A stretch of DNA of 63,054 nt, filler included. It is 5 parts of 5 records of this genome, joined end to end, with 100 filler letters (N's around TTAATTAATTAA, not from the genome) between each part and the next. Parts side by side here need not be neighbours in the genome. Positions count along the whole stretch, not along the records: positions 39,084 to 57,255 come from SRR20825006_2585; positions 57,356 to 63,054 come from SRR20825006_2602; 3 more parts are not named here. The stretch is one strand, 5' to 3'. This document shows positions 48,324 to 58,911 of the stretch, in pieces (positions within the stretch are counted from its first letter, which is position 1; every line of letters starts with the position of its first letter). The notes below the pieces were generated by a model. The model was not told the origin of the DNA, ran no database searches, and saw nothing but the letters and a program-made list of their open reading frames with translations. A program made the translations under genes and the position numbers.

Positions 48324-49586
48324 ATGCGCCCTGTTTTCCTCTCTGTCTTTGGTCTGTTTTTCGGGCTTGGCCTCACCTCCGCCACCGCACAGCCTGCGGG
48401 GCACATTGCGGAATTGCCGCATCAATTTAATCGGGAGAGTGCCGTGACCTTGGTCTCATCCACCTCACAAGCCGGGCTGGACGCGTGGATCGCCGGGTTT
48501 AAGACCCGTGCCATGCGCGAAGGCATTTCTCAAACCACCTTTGATCGCGCCTTTCGCGGTGTGCGCTATAATGAAGACGTGATCGCCAAGGATCGCAAAC
48601 AGTCCGAATTCACCAAACAAATCTGGGATTATCTCGACAGTGCCGCCTCCCCCACACGGGTGTCGAACGGTCAGGCGGCGATGCGCAAACATGCGGCGGT
48701 TTTGGACGGGGTCGAACGGGTGTATGGCGTCGATAAACATGTGGTTGCGGCAATCTGGGGCGTTGAGAGTGCCTATGGCGCGACCCGCGGTGACACCAAT
48801 GTGATCGAAGCCATGGCGACGCTGGCCTATGACGGGCGGCGCGGCCGGTTTTTTGAAAGCCAACTTTTGGCGGCTTTGAAAATCCTTCAGTCGGGCGACA
48901 CCTCGCCCCATAACATGAAGGGAAGCTGGGCCGGTGCTATGGGCCACACCCAGTTTATTCCGACCTCTTTTCTGGCCTTTGCGGTCGATGGCAACGGCGA
49001 TGGCAAACGCGATATTTGGTCGAACGACCCGACCGATGCGCTGGCCTCCACGGCCGCCTACTTGGCCAAACACGGTTGGAAAAAGGAACAGCCTTGGGGC
49101 GTCGAAGTGCGACTTCCGGCTGGATTCGACTATAGTTCTGCGCGCCGCGACACCATGCGTGCGCCGTCAGATTGGGCCTCTTTAGGGGTGATGGGAATCG
49201 ACGGACGGCCCGTGCCGAACTACGGCAAAGGCTCGATTCTTTTGCCTGCGGGCGCGTCAGGCGCGGCCTTTATGATCTTTGACAACTTCGCGGTGATTGA
49301 GCGCTACAACAAGGCGGATGCCTATGTGATCGGCGTTGGCCACCTCTCAGATCGACTGCGTGGTGGCCCGGCGATTCAGGCGTCTTGGCCGCGCGGCTAT
49401 GCACCGTTGTCGTTTAAAGAAAAGATGCAGATGCAGCGGATTTTGAAGCGCAAAGGCTTCTTGGATGACAAGGTCGATGGCATCATTGGCCCGAACACGA
49501 TCAATGCGATCCGAGCGTTTCAGAACTCGGTCGGCGTGACCCCGGATGGTTATCCGTCACAGACGCTTTTGAAACTGTTGAAATAA
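48324..49586 (+). CDS. Lytic murein transglycosylase (MltB/SltB family) with PG-binding domain
   Basis: AIWGVESAYG, GSWAGAMGHTQFIP, YN, DGIIGPNT. Confidence 0.9.
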   Translation: MRPVFLSVFGLFFGLGLTSATAQPAGHIAELPHQFNRESAVTLVSSTSQAGLDAWIAGFKTRAMREGISQTTFDRAFRGVRYNEDVIAKDRKQSEFTKQIWDYLDSAASPTRVSNGQAAMRKHAAVLDGVERVYGVDKHVVAAIWGVESAYGATRGDTNVIEAMATLAYDGRRGRFFESQLLAALKILQSGDTSPHNMKGSWAGAMGHTQFIPTSFLAFAVDGNGDGKRDIWSNDPTDALASTAAYLAKHGWKKEQPWGVEVRLPAGFDYSSARRDTMRAPSDWASLGVMGIDGRPVPNYGKGSILLPAGASGAAFMIFDNFAVIERYNKADAYVIGVGHLSDRLRGGPAIQASWPRGYAPLSFKEKMQMQRILKRKGFLDDKVDGIIGPNTINAIRAFQNSVGVTPDGYPSQTLLKLLK

Positions 49587-49593
49587 GAGGATC

Positions 49594-50073
49594 TCAGGCC
49601 AAATGGCCTGAGAATTCCGTCACCAAAGCCTGATAAATATCGCGCTTAAACGACACAATATCAGACACCAATCCGGCAGAATCGGTCCATTTCCATTGGC
49701 CAAATTCCGGGTGGTCGGTGTCGATATTGATGGCGCTCTCTGGCCCTTTGAAACGCAGCACAAACCAAAGCTGTTTCTGACCGCGATATTTGCCCTTCCA
49801 GACCTTGCCCAAAAGGTGATCCGGCAAATCATAGGTCAGCCAATCAGCGGACTGCGCCAGCACCTCGACATGATCTGACTTCACGCCAATTTCTTCCCAA
49901 AGCTCGCGTAAAGCGGCCTCTTCCGGCGTTTCACCGGCATCAATTCCGCCTTGCGGCATCTGCCAGGCACCGGGCGTGTCGATGCGCTCACCGACAAAAA
50001 TCCGGCCCTCGGCGTTCAACAACATGATCCCCACGCAAGGGCGGTAGGGCAAAGTGGATCGGTCTTTGGTCAT
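49594..50073 (-). CDS. rppH: RNA pyrophosphohydrolase (Nudix)
   Basis: [16 protein letters not shown]...[20 protein letters not shown] at 50073. Confidence 0.92.
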   Translation of the reverse strand: MTKDRSTLPYRPCVGIMLLNAEGRIFVGERIDTPGAWQMPQGGIDAGETPEEAALRELWEEIGVKSDHVEVLAQSADWLTYDLPDHLLGKVWKGKYRGQKQLWFVLRFKGPESAINIDTDHPEFGQWKWTDSAGLVSDIVSFKRDIYQALVTEFSGHLA

Positions 50074-50087
50074 CAGGTCCTCGCAAG

Positions 50088-50113
50088 AAAAAAGGGGGCC
50101 ACGCGGCCCCCTC
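50088..50113 (-). terminator. Rho-independent terminator after ctpA
   Basis: Minus strand agggggcc-gcgt-ggccccct followed by a U-run. Confidence 0.75.
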
Positions 50114-50122
50114 TCCATAGGA

Positions 50123-51448
50123 TCAATTGCCGATTTTCGACAGGCCTTTCAGCAGGTCGATCGCATAAGCAAGTTGGAAATCCTCATCGCGCAATTTCGC
50201 GGACTCTTCGGCGGCGGCGCGTTCTTCTTCGATCTTGCGGCGCTCATCCTCGGTGAAACTGTCGTTGTTGAGAGCCCCGCGCAAATCCGCCTCGGAACGC
50301 AACTTCGGCGCATCCGCCGTCTCGTCGGCTTCGGGCAGGCGCGGCGGCTGTGCGACGATGATGTCGGGCGAAATGCCAAGCGCCTGAATCGAGCGCCCCG
50401 ACGGCGTATAGTAACGCGCCGTGGTCAGGCGCATCGCCCCGTCAGAGCGCAGCGGCATGACCGTTTGCACCGAGCCTTTGCCAAAGGATTTCGTCCCGAC
50501 AACAACCGCGCGATGGTGATCTTGCAGAGCGCCCGAGACGATTTCAGAAGCCGAGGCCGAGCCGCCATTGATCAGCACGACAATCGGTTTGCCCTCGGCC
50601 AAATCACCCGGACGCGCATTGACGCGTTCGCTGTCTTCGGGCGTGCGGCCGCGGGTCGAGACGATTTCACCCTCTTCCAGGAAAGCATCAGAGACCTTGA
50701 TCGCCTGATCCAACAGCCCGCCGGGGTTGTTGCGCAAGTCGACGACGATGCCATCGACATTGGCCATGCCGCCCAGTTCTTCGACACCTTTTTTCAGGCC
50801 ATCTTCGAGGTTCGGATAGGTTTGTTCGTTGAATGTGGTGACACGCAGCACGATGGTGTGATCTTCCACGCGCGAACGCACGGCGGTCAATTTGATCGTG
50901 TCGCGAATGATGGAGATGTCAAACGGCTCTTCAACCCCCTCGCGCACCACGGTGATGACAATCTCGGAGCCAACCGGCCCGCGCATCAATTCCACGGTTT
51001 GATCAAGGGTCATGCCCATCACGCTGCTGCCATCCACGGCGGTGATATAATCGCCGGTCTCAACACCTGCGATATCGGCGGGGGTGCCGTCCATCGGGGC
51101 GACGACTTTCACAAAGCCCTCTTCTTGCGTGACCTCAATGCCAAGCCCGCCAAAGGAGCCGGAGGTTTGCACCCGCATATCGGCGGCGTCTTTTGGAGAC
51201 AGATAGGAGGAATGCGGGTCAAGTGAAGAGAGCATGCCGTCAATGGCCGCCTCGATCAGCTCTTCGGAGTCAACCTCTTCGACATATTGCGCGCGGATGC
51301 GTTCAAACACGTCCCCAAAAAGATCAAGCTGCTCGTAGACGTTGCTGGACTTCTCGGCTTCTTGCGCCAAAAGCGGGCCGGCGAATTGCGTCGAGATCAA
51401 TGTGCCTGCAAGGATACCGGCCACGCCCGCCATCAAATATTTCTTCAT
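50123..51448 (-). CDS. ctpA: S41 carboxyl-terminal processing protease
   Basis: LDPHS, GLGIEV PDZ domain, [23 protein letters not shown]. Confidence 0.92.
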   Translation of the reverse strand: MKKYLMAGVAGILAGTLISTQFAGPLLAQEAEKSSNVYEQLDLFGDVFERIRAQYVEEVDSEELIEAAIDGMLSSLDPHSSYLSPKDAADMRVQTSGSFGGLGIEVTQEEGFVKVVAPMDGTPADIAGVETGDYITAVDGSSVMGMTLDQTVELMRGPVGSEIVITVVREGVEEPFDISIIRDTIKLTAVRSRVEDHTIVLRVTTFNEQTYPNLEDGLKKGVEELGGMANVDGIVVDLRNNPGGLLDQAIKVSDAFLEEGEIVSTRGRTPEDSERVNARPGDLAEGKPIVVLINGGSASASEIVSGALQDHHRAVVVGTKSFGKGSVQTVMPLRSDGAMRLTTARYYTPSGRSIQALGISPDIIVAQPPRLPEADETADAPKLRSEADLRGALNNDSFTEDERRKIEEERAAAEESAKLRDEDFQLAYAIDLLKGLSKIGN

Positions 51449-51490
51449 TCTTGTTCCTCTCACCCGCCCGCCATGCGGGCCCTTGATCGA

Positions 51491-52624
51491 CTAAAGCGGT
51501 GCGTTCGCGAACCATTGTTCCGGGTTCACCGGCTTTCCGCCTTCTCTGACCTCTATATAAAGCGTCTCTGTCAGGCCTGCGCCAGTGCCTTGGGTGGCAT
51601 TTTCCACAAAGGCGTCCAAATCCGGCGCGGCTCCGCCCATCAGTCCAACGGCTGTGCCAGCAGGGATCACCTCGCCAACTTCACCGTAGACCTCATCAAG
51701 CCCTGCCAAAACAAGCAATACGTCATTTCCGGGCTCAAGTATGATCACATTTCCGTAGTCCAGAAACGCGCCCCTGTAGCGAATGGTGGCGGGCCATGGC
51801 GTTGAGACCAAGGACAGCGCCCGCGTGGCCCAAAGCCAGCCCGGACGTGCCACCCCCGCCGCATCGGGTTCTTTATAGCCGCGGATGAAAACGCCACTGA
51901 CCGGCATCGGCCATGTGCCCTTTGCCGCATCCAGATCGGGCAAGGGGCTGATCCCATCCACCACATCCATCACGGCAAGGCCGGAGGCAAAAGCCTCAAG
52001 TGTTTCCGAACTGTCAATCAGGGTCTTCAAACGATCGGGATCGGTGCTGAACCGACGCGGAAGGTCAGTGCGGTCCGACATCGCCTGAGACAGGTCGGTG
52101 CGCGCCTGTTGCGCCTCCTTGAGACCTCGGGCCAGGGTCTCGAGCGCCTCATCTTGCAATTCCCGCAAAATAGAGACCTCTTCGAGTTTGATCCGAAGCG
52201 CATCGGCATCCGCCTGCATCGCGGGCGTGATTGCAGAGACCAACATGCCCGCGCGCGCATGACCCAAAGGACCGGTCGGATGCACCAAGGCTTCTGGCGA
52301 GGCATCAGGTTTGAGATTGATCAAAATGCCAAGAAGTTGCGCGACTTGGCCGCTTTCATCCTGAAACTCACGGTCCAACTCATCTTCGCGCAGGGACACT
52401 TGCCGTAGCCCCGCGCGCATCGCCTCTAACCCGTCTTCATAGGCACGCACGACACGGGTCAGGGCCTTGACCCGATCCCCGGCAGATTGCGCCGCCTCCA
52501 ATTCAGAATGCGCCGCATTGAACTGCGCCACAGCCCCTTCGGCCAGCGCAGCGGGGCTATCCTCCTGCGCCAGTGCGACCCCGGTCAGAAGCGCAAAACA
52601 AACTGCGACAGTGCCCAGTCTCAT
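51491..52624 (-). CDS. envC: Murein hydrolase activator EnvC-like (coiled coil + degenerate M23)
   Basis: Coiled coil; YGNVIIL, LYIEVR...PVNP; gpmI-envC-ctpA synteny. Confidence 0.8.
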   Translation of the reverse strand: MRLGTVAVCFALLTGVALAQEDSPAALAEGAVAQFNAAHSELEAAQSAGDRVKALTRVVRAYEDGLEAMRAGLRQVSLREDELDREFQDESGQVAQLLGILINLKPDASPEALVHPTGPLGHARAGMLVSAITPAMQADADALRIKLEEVSILRELQDEALETLARGLKEAQQARTDLSQAMSDRTDLPRRFSTDPDRLKTLIDSSETLEAFASGLAVMDVVDGISPLPDLDAAKGTWPMPVSGVFIRGYKEPDAAGVARPGWLWATRALSLVSTPWPATIRYRGAFLDYGNVIILEPGNDVLLVLAGLDEVYGEVGEVIPAGTAVGLMGGAAPDLDAFVENATQGTGAGLTETLYIEVREGGKPVNPEQWFANAPL

Positions 52625-54147
52625 GTGACGATAAGACTTTCACCGGTCATTTCAGCGGGCTGATCGAGCCCCATCAATTCAAGGATCGTTGGTGCCACAT
52701 CGGCCAAACGCCCGCCCGACCGCAACCGCGCGCCTTTGGGACCCCCGAACAGGATCACGGGAACCGGGTTGGTGGTGTGTGCGGTGTGAGGGCCACCCGT
52801 GATCGGATCAATCATGGTTTCACAATTGCCGTGATCCGCGATCACCAACATCGCGCCCCCGACCTTTTCAAGCTCGGCCACAACCTTGCCCAGACCGTCA
52901 TCCACCGCCTCACAGGCGGCCATTGCGGCCTCCAAAATGCCCGTGTGTCCGACCATATCGGGGTTGGCAAAATTGGTGACGATCAGGTCATAGCCCTCAT
53001 CAATCGCCCAGACGAATTTTTCGGCCACCTCAGGCTCGCTCATCTCGGGCTGCAAATCATAGGTCGCGACTTTTGGCGATTTCGGCATGAAGCGATCCTC
53101 GCCCTCCTCCGGCGTCTCTTTGCCGCCATTGAGGAAAAACGTCACATGCGGATATTTTTCGGTCTCGGCCAAACGGAATTGTTTCAACCCCTTCTTGGCG
53201 ACCCATTCGCCCAGCGTGTTGATGATGTCACTTTTTGGATAGGCGGTGGTCATATAGGCGCCGTGGCTGGCGGAATAGTCGACCATGCCCAAGAATGCCG
53301 ACAGGCGTGGGCGCGGGCCGGTGTCAAACTCGGCAAACTCCGGCTCGCCAATAGCGCGCAGGATCTCACGGGCGCGGTCGGCGCGGAAGTTGAGACAGAA
53401 AAAGCCATCGCCATCTTTGACGCCCGCGTAATCGCCAATCACTGTGGCTTTGATAAACTCATCATGCTCACCGCGCGCATAAGAGGCGGTGACAGCGCCT
53501 GCGGCCGTGGCGGCGGTTTCAACGCCTGTGCCATTGATCATCGCGAAATAGGCCTGAGACACCCGTTCCCACCGATTGTCGCGATCCATCGCGTAATAGC
53601 GGCCAATGACCGTGCCGACCGATGCCCCTTTGGGCAGGCGCGCCACTAGATCGGGGATGAATGTTGCCGAAGATTGCGGCGCAACATCGCGGCCATCGGT
53701 GATGGCATGGATGATCACCGGCACGCCATGATCGGTGATCGCCTTGGCGGCGGCCAGCGTGTGTTCGATATGGCCATGCACGCCACCGTCCGAGATCACG
53801 CCCATCAAATGCGCGGTGCCGCCAGCGGCTTTGACCTTTTCGGCAAAGGCGACGATTTCGGCGTTTTGAAAGAAAGAGCCATCTTCGATGGCCAAATCAA
53901 TCTGGCCCAGATCCATCGCCACAACCCGGCCCGCGCCGATGTTGGTGTGACCGACCTCGGAGTTGCCCATTTGCCCGCTCGGCAGGCCCACATCCGGTCC
54001 AAATGTGATCAACGTGTCATGCGGACACTCTGCCATCAGCCGATCAAAGGTTGGGGTTTTGGCCAAAACGGGGGCGTTTGCCTCGGGTGTTGGGCCAATC
54101 CCCCAGCCATCGAGAATACAAAGAACGACGGGTTTCGGTGTGGCCAT
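52621..54147 (-). CDS. gpmI: 2,3-BPG-independent phosphoglycerate mutase
   Basis: ILDGWG, GQMGNSEVGH, GRYYAMDRD, AETEKYPHVT, NPDMVGHTG, ADHGN. Confidence 0.96.
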   Translation of the reverse strand: MATPKPVVLCILDGWGIGPTPEANAPVLAKTPTFDRLMAECPHDTLITFGPDVGLPSGQMGNSEVGHTNIGAGRVVAMDLGQIDLAIEDGSFFQNAEIVAFAEKVKAAGGTAHLMGVISDGGVHGHIEHTLAAAKAITDHGVPVIIHAITDGRDVAPQSSATFIPDLVARLPKGASVGTVIGRYYAMDRDNRWERVSQAYFAMINGTGVETAATAAGAVTASYARGEHDEFIKATVIGDYAGVKDGDGFFCLNFRADRAREILRAIGEPEFAEFDTGPRPRLSAFLGMVDYSASHGAYMTTAYPKSDIINTLGEWVAKKGLKQFRLAETEKYPHVTFFLNGGKETPEEGEDRFMPKSPKVATYDLQPEMSEPEVAEKFVWAIDEGYDLIVTNFANPDMVGHTGILEAAMAACEAVDDGLGKVVAELEKVGGAMLVIADHGNCETMIDPITGGPHTAHTTNPVPVILFGGPKGARLRSGGRLADVAPTILELMGLDQPAEMTGESLIVT

Positions 54148-54250
54148 GACGGGCTTCCTTCTAAACAGAGCAAAGCAGTTGCACCCTATCTAACGTGCCA
54201 TCACCGCTTGTTGAACCACCAAGGGCTTCATTGCAGCAAAAATACTTGGA

Positions 54251-54721
54251 TCATTCGCGATGATAGGGCGATCCGGCGAGAATAGAGGCGGCACGGTAAA
54301 GTTGTTCGGTGAGCATGGCGCGGACCAGCATATGCGGCCAGACCATTTTGCCCAAAGAGATCGAAAACTCCGCCTGCGCGCGCAGCGATGGGTCAATCCC
54401 GTCGGCTCCGCCAATGACAAAGGCCACATCAGAGCGCCCGGCATCGCGCCAGTTCGCTAATTTATCTGCAAACTCAGGAGAGGAGAGCAGTTTGCCACGC
54501 TCATCCATGGTCACGATCACCGCGCCTTTCGGCAAGGCCCGCTCCAAAAGCACGGCTTCCGCTTTCATACCGCCGCCCTTTTTGTCCTCAACCTCTGATA
54601 GGGTCAAAGGTCCAAGGCCAAGCGCGCGCCCGGTGCGGTCGAACCGGGTGGTGTAATCTGCAATCAACGCCGCTTCAGGACCGGCACGCAGCCGGCCCAC
54701 GGCATTGATGTGAACTTTCAT
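54251..54721 (-). CDS. rlmH: 23S rRNA pseudouridine-1915 N3-methyltransferase
   Basis: FVIGGADG, WPHMLVRAMLTEQLYRA, PYHR; ATG at 54721. Confidence 0.93.
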   Translation of the reverse strand: MKVHINAVGRLRAGPEAALIADYTTRFDRTGRALGLGPLTLSEVEDKKGGGMKAEAVLLERALPKGAVIVTMDERGKLLSSPEFADKLANWRDAGRSDVAFVIGGADGIDPSLRAQAEFSISLGKMVWPHMLVRAMLTEQLYRAASILAGSPYHRE

Positions 54722-55116
54722 CAGCTCTCGATCGGCTTGGACGTCGACGCAGCGCGGGAGTCTTCTGCCGACATCCACATTTTTTCGAGCTGGTAGAACT
54801 CACGGACTTCGGGACGGAAAATGTGAACAATCACATCGCCCGCATCAATCAAAACCCAATCGCCCTGATCTTTGCCTTCGATGCGCGAAAACACTTCGTG
54901 TTCCATTTTCAGGGCCGCGGAGAGTTTTTCGGCGGTGGCAGAGACCTGACGGGTCGAGCGACCGGAACAGATCACCATATAATCCGCCATCTCAGACTTG
55001 CCCTGCAAGCTGATGGTGACGATGTCTTCGGCTTTGTCTTGGTCAAGAAAGTCGGTGATGAAATTCAACAATTTCTGGCCACCAAATTTTTCAGAGGCTG
55101 CGCCTGTCATGGGCAT
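54721..55116 (-). CDS. rsfS: Ribosome silencing factor
   Basis: DKAEDI, ADYMVICSGRS, WVLIDAGDVIVHIF, FYQLEKMW. True start may be CTG at 55161. Confidence 0.92.
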   Translation of the reverse strand: MPMTGAASEKFGGQKLLNFITDFLDQDKAEDIVTISLQGKSEMADYMVICSGRSTRQVSATAEKLSAALKMEHEVFSRIEGKDQGDWVLIDAGDVIVHIFRPEVREFYQLEKMWMSAEDSRAASTSKPIES

Positions 55117-55262
55117 CTCCGAATGTGCAGCGTCAAGGGCTGCGGTCTGAGGTAGAGACAGGACATAGTCCTCCTATCAAAGCGCGCCGTCATGCCCCGG
55201 CGCTGGGCATATAGTCAATATAGCATCAGTAGAGGTAAATCTCAATGTACCCTGCGCGTCGA

Positions 55263-56579
55263 TCAATCAACCCCCTTTGTGACAAGCTGAGAGCCCTCCA
55301 ACACCCGCACTTCGCGTTGTGGGAAGGGGATGGAAATGCCATTGGCTTTGAACGCATCCCAGAGCGAAAGATAGACATCGCCGCGCACATTGGTCAGCCC
55401 GCCCGTCGGGTCCGTGATCCAAAACCTCAGGATGTAATCCACCGAGTTGTCTCCAAAACCAACGATATGACAGACGGGCGGTTTGGTGGTCAGGACCCGT
55501 TTGACGGCTTTGGCGGCCTCAATCGCGATTTGCCGGACTTGGTGCGGATCATCGCCGTAGGCGGTGCCAAAATAGATGTCCAAACGGACAAAATCGTTTG
55601 TATGTGACCAGTTGACCACCTGCCCGGTGATCAGATCTTCGTTGGGGATCAAAAACTCCTTGCCATCGCGGGTGGTGATCGAGGCATAGCGCGCGCCCAG
55701 CGTGTTGATCCACCCAAAGGTATCGCCCAGCGAAATCACGTCGCCGGGTTTGATGGATTTGTCCAAAAGGATGATCACGCCGGACACGAGGTTTGACACA
55801 ACTTTCTGCAAGCCAAAACCAAGTCCCACACCAATTGCCCCGGACAAGACCGCGAGCCCGGTCAGATCAAAACCGACCGCTTTCAACCCGACGAAAAACG
55901 CGGCGCCATAGAGAGCCACCTGAACGCCTTTGATGATCAATTCGCGCATCGAGGGTGAAATGTCTTCGTTGCGCCGAATGCGGGTCGAGGTTTGGCGTGC
56001 GGTGATGCGGGCAAAGGAGACCAAAAGACCCGTCACCACCAAGGCCTTCAACAGCGAGAGGGCGGAGAGGCGAAAATCGCCAAACTCCACCGCGATGCTG
56101 TCTAAAAACGATGCCGCCCAGTCCAACCCACCAAAGAAATAGAGCGTCACATAGGCCCATAGCCCCCAGCGTACCGTGCGACGCAAGGATCGGTTGCGGA
56201 CCAGTTGCACCACAAATTCCACCGCGAACCACGCCGAGACGACCCGCGCGATGATGGCGACCAAATAGGAGCGCGAGGGCCATGTGATTTGGTGCATCAC
56301 AAGGTAGACGGCCCAGAGGAGCAGCGCCCAAACCAACAAGGGCAGCCGCTTTTCCACCGCCAAAAGCAGCCGCAATTGCCATTTTGGCCGACCTTCCAAG
56401 CTGCGCATCCAATTGCGCATCCGGGCGCTGAGAATTCGCCCGATCAAGATCGCGCCAGCGAGCGTCATAAGGGTGATGCCGATCTGATAAAGGTTCCACC
56501 GTCTGAGCAGGCCTTGGAGAAACCCCAGGATATCGTCACCGGTTTGGTTCAAAAGCTCTGTGATCTGGGTCGGTTCCAC
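55263..56579 (-). CDS. Mechanosensitive channel MscS-family protein
   Basis: GVGLGFGLQKVVSNLVSG, IPNEDL, VVNWS, GISIPFPQR; GTG at 56579. Confidence 0.9.
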   Translation of the reverse strand: MEPTQITELLNQTGDDILGFLQGLLRRWNLYQIGITLMTLAGAILIGRILSARMRNWMRSLEGRPKWQLRLLLAVEKRLPLLVWALLLWAVYLVMHQITWPSRSYLVAIIARVVSAWFAVEFVVQLVRNRSLRRTVRWGLWAYVTLYFFGGLDWAASFLDSIAVEFGDFRLSALSLLKALVVTGLLVSFARITARQTSTRIRRNEDISPSMRELIIKGVQVALYGAAFFVGLKAVGFDLTGLAVLSGAIGVGLGFGLQKVVSNLVSGVIILLDKSIKPGDVISLGDTFGWINTLGARYASITTRDGKEFLIPNEDLITGQVVNWSHTNDFVRLDIYFGTAYGDDPHQVRQIAIEAAKAVKRVLTTKPPVCHIVGFGDNSVDYILRFWITDPTGGLTNVRGDVYLSLWDAFKANGISIPFPQREVRVLEGSQLVTKGVD

Positions 56580-56698
56580 GCGCGGTCCTTTGGTGTTTGC
56601 GCCAGCTTGGCACGGCAAAGCGCCAGCGTGCAAGCGCAGCGCACCCGCAACGCGTCAACTCCCTTGCGGGACTCAATGCCAATCTATATGTGAACCGC

Positions 56699-56785
56699 AT
56701 GGAACGTATGTTTGAAATCGCTGATCGGGCCTGGTTGCCCTGGCGCTTCTTCGGAGCGATGTGCTCAGTCCTTGCCCGACTTTGA
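56699..56785 (+). CDS. Candidate leader peptide upstream of leuC
   Basis: MERMFEIADRAWLPWRFFGAMCSVLARL; internal pairing tcgggc/gcccga; downstream hairpin ggaca-ggtg-tgtcc. Confidence 0.45.
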   Translation: MERMFEIADRAWLPWRFFGAMCSVLARL

Positions 56786-56858
56786 TGCGGTCTGGACAGG
56801 TGTGTCCGCACGCCACCCATATTCCTAAAATTCACTCACATATCCACGGGAGAGCGAA

Positions 56859-57255
56859 ATGACCGCCCCGAAGACACTCTATGATAAAATCTGGGACGCC
56901 CATGTGACCCACGAGGACGCAGATGGCACCTGTTTGCTGTACATCGACCGCCACCTCGTTCACGAAGTGACGTCCCCGCAGGCCTTTGAAGGTCTGCGCA
57001 TGACCGGTCGCAAAGTCCGTGCGCCGGAAAAAACCATCGCCGTGCCGGATCACAACGTGCCGACCACGTTGGACCGCGTGTCTGGCATCATCGCCAATGA
57101 AGAGAGCCGCATCCAACTTGAGGCGCTCGACACCAACGCCAAGGAATTCGGCGTGCATTACTATCCGGTGTCTGACATCCGTCAGGGCATCGTGCACATC
57201 GTTGGCCCGGAACAGGGTTGGACCTTGCCCGGCATGACCGTGGTCTGCGGCGACA
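56859..57255 (+). CDS. leuC: 3-isopropylmalate dehydratase large subunit (truncated)
   Basis: [49 protein letters not shown]. Confidence 0.96.
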
Positions 57256-57355
57256 NNNNNNNNNNNNNNNNNNNNNNNNNNNNNNNNNNNNNNNNNNNNT
57301 TAATTAATTAANNNNNNNNNNNNNNNNNNNNNNNNNNNNNNNNNNNNNNNNNNNN
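57256..57355. other. Artificial contig spacer
   Basis: 44 N + TTAATTAATTAA + 44 N. Confidence 0.98.
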
Positions 57356-57992
57356 ATTGGTTGCGCACTGGCTTCATCAAAAAAGTGAACGTAGCGGCGG
57401 ACCAATGATTGAAGTAAATTGTGCTGCGATTCCAAGTGAATTGATTGAAAGTGAGTTGTTCGGCCATGTAAAAGGTGCGTTTACTTCCGCAAATAAAGAC
57501 CGTGCAGGTAAGTTTGAAGCAGCCAATGGCGGTACTATTTTTTTAGATGAAGTTGGCGATATGAGCCTTTCCGCGCAAGCGAAAGTACTTCGCGCTTTGC
57601 AAGAAAATAAAGTGCAAAGAGTAGGTAGCGATCGGGATATTAAAGTTGATGTACGCGTAATTACCGCTACCAATAAAGATTTAAAAAAGGAAATAGACGA
57701 AGGGCGTTTCCGTGAAGATTTATACCATAGATTGGCGGTTATTCTTATTAAAGTACCATCTTTAAACGATAGACGAAAAGATATTCCATTATTGATAGAA
57801 TATTTCACAGGAAAAATAGCAAGCGATCACGGAACATCCCAAAAGAAATTTTCTGTGAAGGCGATAAAACTATTACAAGAATATGATTGGACAGGAAATA
57901 TTAGAGAACTTCGTAATGTTGTGGAACGCTTAATTATTCTTGGTGGAAGTGAAATTAGTGAAGAAGACGTAAAACTCTTTGCTAGCAAATAA
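57356..57992 (+). CDS. Sigma54-dependent AAA+ activator (3' part; no C-terminal HTH)
   Basis: [48 protein letters not shown]. Confidence 0.9.
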
Positions 57993-57998
57993 ACACGT

Positions 57999-58877
57999 AT
58001 GAAATCAGTAAACATAAACGATTTTAAAGTTTCTGAAAAAATAAAAATCAGCAACACAAAAACTTCTTGGGACCTTGAAGCTTCTAAAGGCGAATTAAAA
58101 GATAAATTGAGAGACACCAGAAAGAAACTGGGGAAACTTCAAGATACCTTATATGCGCACGGAAAATACGCTGTACTTGTCTGCCTTCAAGGAATCGATA
58201 CTGCTGGGAAAGACAGTTTAATTCGCGAAGTTTTTAAAGATTTTAATGCTCGCGGTGTGGTGGTACACAGTTTTAAAACACCAACTTCACTTGAAAAACG
58301 CCACGATTATTTATGGCGTCATTACATAGCGCTTCCGGAACGTGGAAAATTTGGCGTTTTTAATAGAACGCATTATGAAAATGTTTTAGTTACACGTGTT
58401 CATCCAAATTATATACTGGGTGAAAACTTGCCAGATGTAACAAATTTGGAAGCAATTAATGATGAATTTTGGGATAAACGCTTTCAGCAAATTAATGATT
58501 TTGAAAAAACGATTCAAGAGAATGGAACTATTATTTTTAAATTCTTTTTGAATCTTTCCAAAGACGAACAAAAGCATCGCCAGCTTCGTAGGCTAGATAA
58601 ACCTGAAAAAAACTGGAAATTTTCTCCAGGCGATTTAGATGAACGCGAACTTTGGGATGAATATCAGAAATGTTACGAAGATGCTATTAATCGCACTTCA
58701 AAACCCAAGGCACCTTGGTATTTAATTCCCGCAGATGATAAAGATACAGCGCGTGTACTTGTGGCTGAAATTATGCTACAAGAATTAAAAAAATATAACG
58801 ACATTAAAGAACCCGAGCTGGACGATGCTATTAAAGCCAAAATTTCAGAGTATAGACAACGACTTATGAATGATTAA
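57999..58877 (+). CDS. ppk2: Polyphosphate kinase 2 family protein
   Basis: QGIDTAGKD, HDYLWR, FNRTHYE, NWKFSPGD, PWYLIPADDK. Confidence 0.9.
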   Translation: MKSVNINDFKVSEKIKISNTKTSWDLEASKGELKDKLRDTRKKLGKLQDTLYAHGKYAVLVCLQGIDTAGKDSLIREVFKDFNARGVVVHSFKTPTSLEKRHDYLWRHYIALPERGKFGVFNRTHYENVLVTRVHPNYILGENLPDVTNLEAINDEFWDKRFQQINDFEKTIQENGTIIFKFFLNLSKDEQKHRQLRRLDKPEKNWKFSPGDLDERELWDEYQKCYEDAINRTSKPKAPWYLIPADDKDTARVLVAEIMLQELKKYNDIKEPELDDAIKAKISEYRQRLMND

Positions 58878-58911
58878 TTTCAGCTAATTTTCCATTTTTA
58901 AAATTTCAATA

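Noticed and set aside
46542-54285. Long opposite-strand ORFs (355, 390, 358 and 203 aa) over rnr, ctpA and gpmI
   Set aside because: Shadow ORFs of well-recognised genes caused by codon bias.
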